Source: Octopus sinensis | Lineage: Eukaryota | NCBI RefSeq assembly: GCF_006345805.1 | Contig: NC_043017.1 | Coordinates: 25,668,001 to 25,732,000 of the forward strand | Reading direction: 5' to 3' | Length of the DNA: 64,000 bases | Shown here: positions 27,563 to 39,565 of the stretch, piece by piece | Position numbering within the stretch: the stretch's first letter is position 1 | Layout of the letters: every line of letters begins with the position of its first letter | Position numbers and translations under genes: made by a program | Notes under the pieces: generated by a model | Told to the model about the DNA's origin: nothing | What the model saw: the letters and a program-made list of their open reading frames with translations, nothing else | Database searches by the model: none

Positions 27563-27962
27563 TTTATTTATATGTATTTATAGGTAGAGAGGGAGCGAGG
27601 GAGAAGAGAGGGGAGAGAGATGGGAGAGACAGAGCTAATGGGATAGAGAAACTGCGAGAAAGTGATACAAATTAATATAGAGACACACACATACATACAC
27701 ACATGCACACACATTCATATATATAAAAATGGAGTACTAGATATTTGGTCAGCGTTAAAAGTCTTTCTCAACAGTTTGACTCTTCTCCATAGGATTTGAA
27801 ATTTCTTGGGAGTGTAGGACGTATAGGACATTCATCAAGAAACTTCATGTCATGTTGTCTGTAATTATATATATATATATATACATACATTCTTTAACTG
27901 ATTGATTAGTCAGTAATTACGTAGGTAAAGAGGTAAATAAATAAATATATAGTGACACACAC

Positions 27963-27995
<33 letters not shown>

Positions 27996-28044
27996 TAATA
28001 TATATTAATATAATATATAGTATATATATATATATATATTATGC

Positions 28045-28077
<33 letters not shown>

Positions 28078-28846
28078 CAGAGAAAAAGACAGATAGGCAA
28101 AGAGATACATTTCCGATTATAACGGCGCCAGAGTTTTGAATAGCTTACATCCATAATTATTATCTTCGTATTTTCTGTCACTGAAAAATCTATCCAATGC
28201 ACAATTTTCCAAAAACAGAAAATTTTTCCCAAAATAATTTTCTCCGTCAAAAACTTACTTCCCAACACGAAGGAAACCCTTCACTGCTCTCAAAATATTC
28301 CTGTAGTCAATACCATTCTTAATTCATTTCTTAGTATATTTCGATAATATATCGTTTGATGTATTCATCAGAATGGGATTCTGAGCAATTATTCTGTCAT
28401 ATTGCCTGTTCGATTATATGTTATTATTATGTAGTTATATAATCGTTGACGTTCTGTATTTCGTTAGAGGGTAATGATATGGATGTAATGTCAATGATAG
28501 CTTTATGTACGGTGTATGTATGGCTGAGGATGGCGTGCATTAGACACACGAACATACCCTCATACGCATGCGCAGGTATATATATATACACATTTTTGCG
28601 CTAGTCCGTATGATTCCATATATATACATATATACATATATGTATATATATGTCTATACATATATAGATATATATGTATGTATATATGCATGTATGTAGA
28701 TATGTATCTCTATTTATGTATGTGAGCATACATGCATGTACGAATGTAAATATATATATGAATATGTACATATGTATATATAAGTGTGTGTCTACATGTG
28801 CGTGTGTACACATTTGTGTACATGCCCCATACATATTCACATTTAC

Positions 28847-28892
<46 letters not shown>

Positions 28893-28949
28893 TGTGTGTG
28901 TGGTGTGTGTGTGTGTGAGTGTGTTTGTATGTATTTACATATTGTTCTC

Positions 28950-29225
28950 ACTGTCCTGTTTTTGTTACCTCTTTCACCCTCCGCAAAATATTCTCAAATT
29001 TTATTTACTTTGTTTTGCGGGAGGGACTGTTTTAATGAAGTCGCGTCTTGTCCTTACCTTCGAAACGCAGAGTAGATAAAACAGGGGACAGCCGATGAAG
29101 GGGAATATTCTTTATGTTGCATTCTCGGTTCTCTCTTTTTGTTTTGTTTTCTATGTTTTTGTTTTTATGTTCCCGTTTCCCATTTTGCCTACATACTTTT
29201 GATGTCCCTGTACCTACATATACAT
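28950..29225 (+). mobile_element. Penelope-like relic with degenerate hammerhead-like motif
   Basis: ctgtttta-atgaag...cttc-GAAAC-gcaga-GTA-gataaaacag at 29027-29084; T-rich downstream; flanked by (TG)n/(TA)n. Confidence 0.4.
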
Positions 29226-29452
29226 GTATATATACATATATATACACTGTAAGCTGAAATTTCTCCATCACTTTTTTCTATTATATAATGTATATATTAT
29301 ATATTACTATTTATTATATAGAGAGAAACAGAGAGATAGATAGATAAATAGATACGTAAAGATAAATAGATAGGTAGATAGATAGATAAATCGATAGATA
29401 GATAAATAGATAGATAGATATAGATATATATCTATAGCTATATATACATTAT

Positions 29453-29484
<32 letters not shown>

Positions 29485-29589
29485 GGTGTGTCTGCATATA
29501 TATGTATATGTACACACATATGTGTATACAAAGATAAGGCGTATATCCACATATATGAGAGCCTAGAAGCTAAACCATGTTGAAAACTT

Positions 29590-29798
29590 TCTCACTGGTT
29601 GTATGATGAGAATTAAACAGTCTTTATATTGAAACGTAACAAGGAACGCTGATAAATACACAAATTTAATAGGGGAAATTAGAGTGAAATTCAGTTTAGG
29701 CGGTTGAACAATGCGCTAAGATAATCTTCTCGTGTATGGGAGAAAATTAATTAAAATGACTAATAACATATTAGACAGAACAAGACACAACGTATACA

Positions 29799-29852
<54 letters not shown>

Positions 29853-30290
29853 AATTACATCAAATACACGGACTTAGAAATTATTCTTAGGAATGAATGA
29901 AAGAAGACATAGGTGAATGTACACAAATGGAAGTAAAGGTTACGAATGAATATTGTAAACGCGCTAGATTAATGATACGAACTAAGTTCGATGCCATAAG
30001 GTAGGTTATGAGTATCAAGGCTCAAGCTGTTTCACTGATAACTTATAGTTATTATATTCTCGACTGGAGTCTTGGTGATTTAGCAAGCGTTGATAGGAAA
30101 ACAAAGAATTTGATTATAGAATGTAGGAATGTTTCAGTGGAACTCTGACAAAGAAGGATAATAATTTATCACGAAAACGGAGAATGGAAGGAATCTTCTT
30201 CAATTAGAGAGCGTAAATTACTAATATGCTATTATAAAGTAGCGAACAAAAGGTATTTGTGGGCTGTGGAGATAGAACAATCAATCATAT
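29590..30290 (+). pseudogene. Decayed R4/Dong-clade RT and thumb region, interrupted by (TA)n
   Basis: MEVKVTNEYCKRARLMIRTKFDAIR*VMSIKAQAVSLITYSYIILDWSLGDLASVDRKTKNL...ENGRNLLQLE matches the EYxxRxRLIL..AVPVITYS..DW..LDRKTR..GGRGLxQL pattern. Confidence 0.7.
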
Positions 30291-30399
30291 TATTAGTAGC
30301 TACCTGCACTTAGCGACAACGAAATTTATGTGTCTGTATATGTGTGTGTATGTGTGTGTGTAAGTGTCTGTGATTCCAGTTAACAAAATTATGTGTGCA

Positions 30400-30478
<79 letters not shown>

Positions 30479-30480
<2 letters not shown>

Positions 30481-30891
30481 CGCAGGAGTGGCTGTGTGGT
30501 AAGTAGCTTGCTAACCAACCACATGGTTCCGGGTTCAGTCCCACTGCGTGGCATCTTGGGCAAGTGTCTTCTGCTATAGCTCCGGGCCGACAAATGCCTT
30601 GTGAGTGGATTTGGTAAACGGAAACTGAAAGAAGCCTGTCGTATATATGTATATGTGTATAAGTGTGTGTGTATATGTTTGTGTGTCTGTGTTTGTCCCC
30701 CTAGCATTGCTTGACAACCGATGCTGGTGTGTTTACGTCCCCGTAACTTAGCGGTTCGGCAAAAGAGACCGATAGAATAATACTGGGCTTACAAAAATAA
30801 GTACCGGGGTCGATTTGCTCGACTAAAGGCGGTGCTCCAGCACGGCCGCAGTCAAATGACTGAAACAAGTAAAAGAGTAAAAAGAGAAAAG
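30479..30891 (+). mobile_element. Full-length SINE-B (tRNA head, CORE-like domain, internal microsatellite, AAAAGAG tail)
   Basis: ggcgcaggagtggctgtgtggtaag (A-box), gggttcagtccc (B-box), ggcatcttgggcaagtgtctt (CORE-like), tail gactgaaacaagtaaaagag. Confidence 0.9.
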
Positions 30892-30961
30892 ATATATATA
30901 TATATATAAACAAAACAACACACACACACACACACACAAACATATATATATATATATATAT

Positions 30962-31142
30962 AAAGCAGCAACAAAATTCATCGGGCAGTTCTAGCAAAAA
31001 CTATCCGATGAATGGCAACGTGAAACTCAGAGTAACAGGTTTTGTTGAATTTCTGCTGCTTTAAATAAAGCATATTACTCTACCACTAATATTTGAGTAC
31101 TCTGGTTTCCACCTTGTTTTCACATTTATGTGTTTAGTCCGG
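30962..31142 (+). mobile_element. Short Penelope-like/retrozyme element with near-intact minimal hammerhead, inside (TA)n
   Basis: ctat-CCGATGA-atg(gcaa)cgt-GAAAC-tcaga-GTA-acag at 31001-31038, then AATAAA; (TA)n on both sides. Confidence 0.55.
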
Positions 31143-31385
<243 letters not shown>

Positions 31386-31494
31386 TTTTTTACTCAAGGC
31401 ACAAGGCCCAACATTTGGGGGAGAGGGCCAGTCGATTAGATCTATCCAAGTACGGATCAATACTTAATTTATCGACTCTGAATGGATGAAAGAC

Positions 31495-31544
31495 AAAGTC
31501 GACCCGGTTGTCAAGTGATGGCGGAGAAACAACACAAACAGTAA

Positions 31545-31607
<63 letters not shown>

Positions 31608-31735
31608 CGACGTGCTTCTTTCAGTTTCCATCAACCAAATCCACTCACAAGGCTTTGCTCGACCCGAAGCTAGAGTAGAAGACACTTGCCCAAGGTGCTA
31701 TGCAGTGAGACTGAACCCGCAACCATATCTTTCGG
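31495..31735 (-). mobile_element. Partial SINE-B
   Basis: Reverse complement of gacacttgcccaagg, aaatccactcacaaggc and ggttgtcaag blocks. Confidence 0.75.
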
Positions 31736-31844
31736 TGCTTTATTTCCTGAGTTCAAGTCCCTCTGACGTCAACTTTACCTTCAATTCTTTCGAAGAAGAA
31801 TAAACTATGTTTTCAACACTAAGATTCATATAATACAGTCGATT

Positions 31845-32690
31845 AAAAGGCACTAGAACTGAAATTTGGTGGGAAGGACACTAGTAAATTCCATCGACCC
31901 CAGATTTTCAGTGGTGGTTGATTTATCGACCCGAAAGGATAAAAGGCAATGTCGACCTCAGCGGATTTTGAACTCAGAACGTAAAGGAGGACGAAATCCG
32001 CTAAGCATATTCCCGGCGCGCTAACGAATTTACCAGTTCTCCGCTTTGAGGTCCATATAATCCTATCTATTATAGGTACAAGGCCTGAAATTTGAGGAAG
32101 GACACTAGTCGATTTCATGGATCTTTTCGGTTTGAATGGCAGTTTTTTAAAATAATTTCTAGTTAACTAAACACTTTTAAACTTCGTATACTGGTAAAAT
32201 GTGTTTATAAAACATCTTTTTCTCCTGGCTTTATTAAGAAAATTCTATAGTTTTTAAGATATTTGTTGTTGTTTTTTCTTCAATTTCTGCAATTTCAACC
32301 ATTCAAGGACGTCTATTGAGGTGAAAACATTCTGTGCCGTATGAATATGTCCCTCGTTTAAGAAACAGATTGGGTTTATTTACATTTGTGAAGAAAATAA
32401 TATACCCTTCCCCCTTCCCCTAACCCTAAAACAGATTGAAATGCAATAGATCGATACTAGGGTCATAATTATGGGTGACAATTTCATATGACGCCGCTAG
32501 AAAAAACTGCCGTTCAAACCGAAAAGATCCGATTTCATAAACCCAGCATTTCAGTGGCGCTTAATTTATCGACCCGAAAGGATAAATGTCAACGTCGACC
32601 TCAGCGGAATTTGAACCGAGAGCGTAAAATGGATGAAGCCCGCTAGGTATTTTGCCCGGCGCGCTCACGATTCTGCCAGCGTGCCACCTT
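31845..32690 (-). mobile_element. Two degenerate SINE-A copies, the second interrupted by the 32119-32530 MITE
   Basis: SINE-A sequence stops at gtcgatttcat (32118) and resumes after 32538 with ttaatttatcgacccgaaagg. Confidence 0.7.
32119..32530. mobile_element. MITE, ~30-bp TIR starting GG, 8-bp TSD (Merlin-like)
   Basis: TIRs ggatcttttcggtttgaatggcagttttt / aaaaactgccgttcaaaccgaaaagatcc; TSD gatttcat at 32111-32118 and 32531-32538. Confidence 0.85.
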
Positions 32691-32871
32691 CATATCCATA
32701 TAATCAACGTCTAAATTTCTTGGCTCTGTACCAAAATTTGAAACCATTTTTTTCTTTGTGTACTCCTTTCGAAGAACAGAAATGATTGCAATTTTGCGAA
32801 GACAGTTTACGTGTCTGTACAGTATATTCTATTGTTACAAACAACGTTGTAGGTAAGTTCGGTGTTAACTA

Positions 32872-33012
32872 TAAGGTTGTCCCAAAAGTTCGTAGAAAGT
32901 CTTGGAAAATAATGGCCTTTATTTTGAGGAATAATTTTTGTTGCTTTTGTTAGTACTTGGCGAGTAAAAATTCAATTTTCGCAAGTGTTTACGAACTTTT
33001 GGGACAACCTAA
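32872..33012. mobile_element. 141-bp mariner-type MITE with TA TSD
   Basis: Perfect 21-bp TIR aggttgtcccaaaagttcgta / tacgaacttttgggacaacct; TA on both sides. Confidence 0.85.
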
Positions 33013-33374
33013 TAATTTAGATATACACTATTAAAATGACATTTTTAATTAAAATTGTAAGGCAAGTACTTGTATTTTCGAACACCAGTAATTTTTTTTC
33101 CTATGGCAGTAGTTTCAATTTGATTTACGCGAACCACTTTTCAACATCATACATTTGGTTGGTTATTCGGAAAATACGAAGAACAGATGCGAATAAGACT
33201 GAAAAATATCCATCGCTTTCTCTCTCTCTCTCTCTCTCTCACACAGACACACTGATATGAAGTAAACATGCGAATTATTCAATTCTACTCAAGGCACAAG
33301 GCCCGAAATTTTCGTGGAGGGGGTCAGTTAATTAGATCGAAGCAAGTACGTAACTGGTAATTAATTTGTTGAAA

Positions 33375-33787
33375 GGCGGCGAGCTGGCAGAAACGTTGCA
33401 CACCGGGCGAAATGCTTAGCGGTATTTCGTCTGCGTTACGTTCTGAGTTCAAATTCCGCCGAGGTCGACTTTGCCTTTCATCCTTTTGGGGTCGATAAAT
33501 TAAGCACCAGTTACGCACTGGGGTCGATATAATCGACTTAATACCTATGTCTGTCCATGTTTGTCTCCTCTATGTTTAGCCCCTTGTGGGTAATAAAGAA
33601 ATAGGTATTTCGTCTACCGTTATGTTCTGAGTTCAAATTCCGCCAAGGTCGACTTTACCTTTCATCCTTTCGAGGTCGATGAATTAAGTACCAGTTACGC
33701 ACTGCGGTCGATGTAATCGACTTAATCCGTTTGTCTGTCCTTGTTCGTCCCCTCTATGTTTAGCCCCTTGTGGGTAATAAAGAAATA
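33375..33787 (+). mobile_element. SINE-A dimer (a + a) with 19-bp TSD, nested in an older minus-strand SINE-A
   Basis: TSD ggtaattaatttgttgaaa at 33356-33374 and 33788-33806; host SINE at 33290-33355 and 33807-33905. Confidence 0.9.
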
Positions 33788-34049
33788 GGTAATTAATTTG
33801 TTGAAACCGAAAGGATGAAACGCAAAGTCGACCTCGGCGGAATTTGAACTCAGGACGTAAAAACAAACGAAATGTGCTATCGCGTGTGCCTGCTCGCCGC
33901 CTTAAACATACGATTTATTCTAGTAGCAATATGCAGGTGTGATTATGTCGTAAGAAAGCTTGCTTCTGGTGAAACGACGTCGTTTGTGTTTCTTTTTCTG
34001 TGCGCTGTAAGTCATCAATTTTCCTGTTGAAATTCTGTTAATTGTTGTG

Positions 34050-35095
34050 AATTACTGTTAAAGAATGTTATTGTTGAACTGCTGCCTGTCTGCAGGTCTT
34101 GTTGAACTGTATAATATTTCCCGGTATGCCGGGGAATAGAAATTTTCTGTGGCCGTTTGACATTTATTCAGTTAATTCATTAGATTTTTTACGGAGTACA
34201 TTTTTATTATTTGGCCTTTGTAGGCATTGTTTAGCTGCGTCTCGCTCCCAAACGTGGGTGGGATTTGAACTTTTGTCCCTCTTGCGAGGTATTAATTTTC
34301 GAACTAAAAAAAAAGGGAAACCTATAATTTTTCTTTTGAAAAAAAAAATGTCTTCAGTCGTTTTTGGCTTCGTTGAGTTGCGCTCCTCCTCCTGACAGGG
34401 GTGGGATTTGAACCTATATTGCTTGTAAAAGAAAAAGATTTGGAACTGTATAGGGAAACCTACGTAATTGTGTGTTTCTTTCTAATTTATCTGAACCGAA
34501 ATGTCGGCGGTGATAATTAGAGATAAATGCTCTCTGGAAGAGAGTGGTGACTTGGAGTGTAACCAGCCCACCCTGCCCCTCAAAAAGTTACCAAAGGATT
34601 CGCGTAACTCGCCGCTGTAGAGACTGAAAACCTGGAAGCGGAAGTCGAGGTAAAAATATCGCCCCCTACTGACACGACGGTGAAAATCAAAGAAAGAACC
34701 TTTATTTTGAAAACCTTTTGCACAGACATTAAAAAAGAACCCGACCAACCGTCCCCCCAAAAAAACAGGGGAAAGAGGGATTTTGGTCGAGTTCGACCCG
34801 AGGAACAAGTACACTAATGATGTTATATTGACGCACCACACTACTGTAATATATCCAGAGCACAAAAACCATCCTACACAATGTGCCTTGATAGTCTAAA
34901 CAACTGAAGGAGGGGTATTCAAGAGACATTTCAAGGTTAATGATCTACCAAAACATCTCAGGACAGAGGAAAAAAAAAGGATTCCTCACGAGACGTGAAG
35001 TCGGCCAACGAAAAGTTAGTAAAACTTTTACTTTTCCTTAAATTGCCAACACTTAACCTTGGTTGCTTTAATGTGTGTGGTCTGCACCAAATATA
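34050..35095 (+). mobile_element. Probable 5' end of an APE-type LINE (L1/Tx1-like): 5' UTR, frameshifted ORF1, start of endonuclease
   Basis: ATG at 34501 opens a K/E/P-rich frame broken by two frameshifts; LNLGCFNVCGLHQ at 35052 resembles the APE N-terminal xNVRGL motif. Confidence 0.45.
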
Positions 35096-35359
35096 AAACT
35101 GTGTGCGTTTATATGTACCTGTATTTATGTGTGTGTATATGTGCGTGTGGCTGATTGGATGTTTGCATGTATATGAGTCTGTGTGTGTGTGTGTGTTATG
35201 ACGCATTACTCAAACTACGTGAGATAATAAAAGAGACACAGAATTGGAGTAATATCATATTCGAATGAAAAGAACATTGGAGATTTTGATGTAATGCCAT
35301 GGATATAATATGTGGTATTATAATACAGTAATCTTAATATCTAAGAAATTTGTCATGTA

Positions 35360-35445
35360 TATATGTGTGTGTCTGGGTATTTATATACACACACATATAT
35401 ATATATATATACACACATGTATATATGACTAGCTGGTCATACATG

Positions 35446-35495
<50 letters not shown>

Positions 35496-35673
35496 CACAC
35501 ATGTATATATGACTAGCCGGTCATATATGCATACACACACACACACAGACATATATATATATATATATATATACATGTATATATGACTAACCGGGCATAC
35601 ATGTATACACATATATATATACACACATGTATATATGACTAGCCGGTCATATATGTATACACACATACACAGA

Positions 35674-35726
<53 letters not shown>

Positions 35727-35769
35727 ATATGACTAGCCGGTCATATATGTATACACACACACACACACA

Positions 35770-35810
<41 letters not shown>

Positions 35811-35820
35811 CTAGCCGGTC
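35360..35820. repeat. Minisatellite of hairpin units atatgactagccggtcatat separated by (CA)n/(TA)n, 6 copies
   Basis: gactagc(c/t)ggtc or a close variant near 35427, 35510, 35585, 35636, 35731 and 35808. Confidence 0.85.
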
Positions 35821-36354
35821 CACGTACGCATACACTCTAAAAGCGATTTCGAATAGTTTGTTACATTTCAATCGAGTAGGAAATTTTAGTACCGTGCATC
35901 GCTTCTTAGAGTAACAGGAAATAACTTTGTGTGTATGTGTGTGTGGGCATATGTGAATATGTGTGAGTATGTATGTATGGTTGTACTTTCGTATGTATGT
36001 GTTTGCATCTCTATGGAAAGAATTGTATTAAAACTAGTCTGACCAGGCATTGTAATTCTCACCCTCGACGAGATCAAGTTCGCAATATTCGTTTCCAGGA
36101 GAAGACTTGTTGTTCTGGGACCGGGCTAAGGAGCCACTTGTGTGACTATGGCGGGGCACTTATTGAGAATTTTTTTAATATGTGGCAATATCCATAAAAA
36201 GAGTAGTAATCAGCATATATGTGTGTATTTATTCTATGCTATCAATTCAAAATTTAAGTTAGCTAAATCACCTAGGAAATATGTACATGATAACGCCATT
36301 GAATATAAATATACATAGAGAGAGTAATAAGATATATATATATATATATATATA

Positions 36355-36625
36355 TATTTTAAAATATAAGTATATGAAAGAATGGAGTTGAACGACTAGT
36401 TAACAAATATCCTTTATTCTCGACGTATGTTTCGAAGGCTGCATATTCCTAATTCCGAAGGAATAAGGAGTACATTATGCAGATTTCTCTGAGAAATATG
36501 CATAATGTACTCCTTATTCCTTCGGAATTAGGAATATGCAGCCTTCGAACATATGTCGAGAATAAAGGATATTTGTTAACTAGTCGTTCAACTCCATTCT
36601 TTCATATACTTATAATTTTAAAATA
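36355..36625. repeat. Near-perfect 271-bp palindrome with hammerhead-like 3' half
   Basis: Arms of about 135 bp centred on 36490 with about 4 differences; contains GAAAC-atac-GTC followed by gagaataaagg. Confidence 0.9.
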
Positions 36626-36779
36626 AACGTACAAATTTCCGCACGAAGACACGTAGTCTATGCTCTAGGGACGTAGCTTCAACCGTGTCTTTCTGATGTG
36701 AATTTGCTACCCAGGTATCGGTTATCTTTCGAATTATCTTAATAAGATAATTCATTCAATTACTCATATATATATATAT

Positions 36780-36842
<63 letters not shown>

Positions 36843-36864
36843 AGAAACAAATAGCATTTAGTAA

Positions 36865-37215
36865 GATGACCCTGCCACCGAGAGAATACGAGAAACGATG
36901 GAAGGATGTGATGAGAAAGGTGGGTGTTAGTAACCCACCTTAATCATTGATGAAAGGAAAAGATCGTTGCAGGGCTTTATAGGCTGCCGGGTTCGTTCTT
37001 TTAAACCTTTCGTTCGTTTTTCTTTCTTTGTTTTCGTCTTATTTTTAAAAAAAATTTCTAGTTAAAGGAAAATTTAATCATTATATAAAATATTTTTTAA
37101 GTAAATTTTTAACATGTAACTCATTCGAACTCTGTCTTTTGTTTGTCCTGTATTGTCCCATTCTATATAAGATCACCATGATCATTATAAAGATTCCATT
37201 TAGTAAGATCAATAA
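36865..37215 (+). mobile_element. Probable L1/Tx1 ORF2 C-terminus and 3' UTR
   Basis: LPPREYEKRWKDVMRKVGVSNPP* resembles the terminal F/YxKRW motif of L1/Tx1 ORF2; followed by a T-rich UTR. Confidence 0.4.
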
Positions 37216-37774
37216 CAATACAGCAGGTTGTGTGTGATATTGCGGAAAACTGTAAAATATCTTATTTAACTTACCATGGGAATTACTTGTGCGAGATCGA
37301 ATTAATATGAGTGCATCGGTTCAATTTTTGCTAATTACTTTCAATAGATTTAATAGATAATATTTTGATTGAAATTTTGCTAAGTTGCTGAGGCTACGTA
37401 ACTCCTCAGGTTGTAAGTATAAATTAATTATATAACGCTAGGAATATTGCAAATTGTTGTTTTTTTTAATGAATGCCTCTTGAAATTCTAGATGTATAGA
37501 GCTTATTTGAAGCACTTGATTACGATGGAAAATATAAATTTAGGTTACCGAAAATGCTATTAAATCTTGAAATACATCACATACACATTCATTCAAAAAC
37601 AGGAATTAAACGCAACCCAACTTCATAGCCAAAGTAGAGGTAGCAGATGAATAACAGAGAATAGAAAACCCGTATAATCAAATGGAGCATAAACTCTGAG
37701 TAGATCCGTGTATAACCGAAACATTTATGATTTTAAATCTGCCAGCCGATATCCAAAAGATATAAAACGTTTCC

Positions 37775-38202
37775 GGATCTTTTCGGTTTGAACGGCAGTT
37801 TTTTTCTAGCGATGTCATATGAAAATGTCACCCATAATTATGACCCTAGTATCGATCTATTGCATTTCAACCTGTTTTAGGGTTAGGGTTAGTTAGGATT
37901 AGGGGTGGGGGGAAGGGTATCTTTTTTTCTTCACAAATGTAAATAAACCCAATCTGTTTCTTAAACGGGGGACATATTCATACGACACAGAATGTTTATT
38001 CCCTCAATAGACGTCATTGATTGGTTGGAATTTCAGAAATTGAAGAAAAATACAACACATATCTTACAAACTATAGAATTTTCTCAATAAAGCCAAGATA
38101 AAAAGATGTTTTATAAACACATTCTACAAGTATACGAAGTTTAAATTTTTTTTAGTTACTTCGAAATTATGTTAAAAACTGCTGTTCAAACCGAAAAGAT
38201 CC
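37775..38202. mobile_element. Second Merlin-like MITE, inverted relative to 32119-32530
   Basis: Same TIRs; perfect TSD acgtttcc at 37767-37774 and 38203-38210. Confidence 0.88.
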
Positions 38203-38619
38203 ACGTTTCCATTTCGTTTGTATTAAAAATCTTGAATTAGACTTTTTTAAGCATATCCCAGCTGCGGATTCATTACAGTTAAAATCTGGTAAAAAAACCT
38301 TATGTAAAAGAAACATCTGGCTCCTCAACCTAAACACAGAATGCGTAAAATCATGACCCACAGCAAAAAACAGCTTATTTTACTCCTCCTTAACTGTGTG
38401 AGGCAGTAGGAAAACTGTTAGATGCAGAGGGAGACATACTGTTAGATACAGAGGGAGACATACTCCTCAGAAATTTTACCTCTTTATACCTCCACTAAAA
38501 CGATTAGACACATACAAGGGAATTAGCTACAACCAGTCGAGAAAGAAATACACTTGACTCCATAATTTATTTGATTATTTATGTATGGCCAATCACTAGT
38601 GAGAAAAAGCTATTAAATA

Positions 38620-38913
38620 GGCGCGGGAGTAGCTGTGTGGTAAGTAGCTTGCTTACTAACCACATGGTTCCGGATTCATTCCCACTGCGTGGCCCCTTGG
38701 GCAAGTGTCTTTTACTATAACCTCGGGCCGACCAAAGCCTCGTGAGTGGATTTTGTAGACGGAAACTGAAAGAAGTCCGTCGTATATATGTATATATATG
38801 TGTGTGTGTATACGTTTGTGTGTCTGTGAGACCGATAGAATAAGTACTAGGTTCGACTAAAAGGCGGTGCTCCAGCATGGCCACAGTCAAATGACTGAAA
38901 CAAGTAAAAGAGT
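38620..38913 (+). mobile_element. SINE-B with internal deletions
   Basis: Head, CORE-like block and tail are colinear with 30479-30891. Confidence 0.85.
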
Positions 38914-39140
38914 AAATATTTCACTTCAATAAATATATCAGGTGCGTCAAATAACGGATTAGATTCAAGCAGATGACTATGATAGAGGGACCAAGCCAAA
39001 GGCCTTGCGATTGCGAAGCGATCTTATATAACATTCGGCCATGGTATTTTACATGTAATATAATGGTTTAAAATTTCGCCACCAGGGGAGCATTAAGGGT
39101 ACGCATGTCTGTGGAGTACTCAACCACTTGCACGTAAATC

Positions 39141-39565
39141 TATTCTACTAAAGGCACAAGGCCTGAAATTTGGGTGGGGGGAAGGAATGAACTAGCCGAT
39201 TACATTCACCTCAGTGTTTCACAGGTATTTGATTTATCGTCCCCCGAAAGGATGAAAGGCAAAGTCGACCTCGGTGGAATTTGAACTCGGAACGTACGCT
39301 AAGCATTTCGTCCAGCGCGCTAACGATTCTGTTTCTTTATTACCCACAAGGGGCTAAGCATAGAGGGGACAAACAAGGACAGACAAACGAATTAAGTCGA
39401 TTACATCGACACGACCCCAGTGCGTAACTGGTACTTAATTTATCGACCCCGAAAGGATGAAAGGCAAAGTCGACCTCGGCGAAATTTGAACTCAGAACGT
39501 AACGGCAGACGAAATATGGCTACGCTTTTCGCCCGGCATGCTAACGTTTCTACCAGCTCACCACC
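39141..39565 (-). mobile_element. SINE-A dimer
   Basis: Head near 39565; junction aataaagaaa|cagaatcgttagc into a second monomer with tail b. Confidence 0.85.

Noticed and set aside
37275-37330. Minus-strand CCCATG|GTAAGT as a first-exon end
   Set aside because: A consensus donor alone is expected by chance in 64 kb; no promoter or downstream exon could be linked.
38414-38464. 24-bp direct repeat actgttagat(g/a)cagagggagacat x2
   Set aside because: Only two units; an ordinary slippage duplication.
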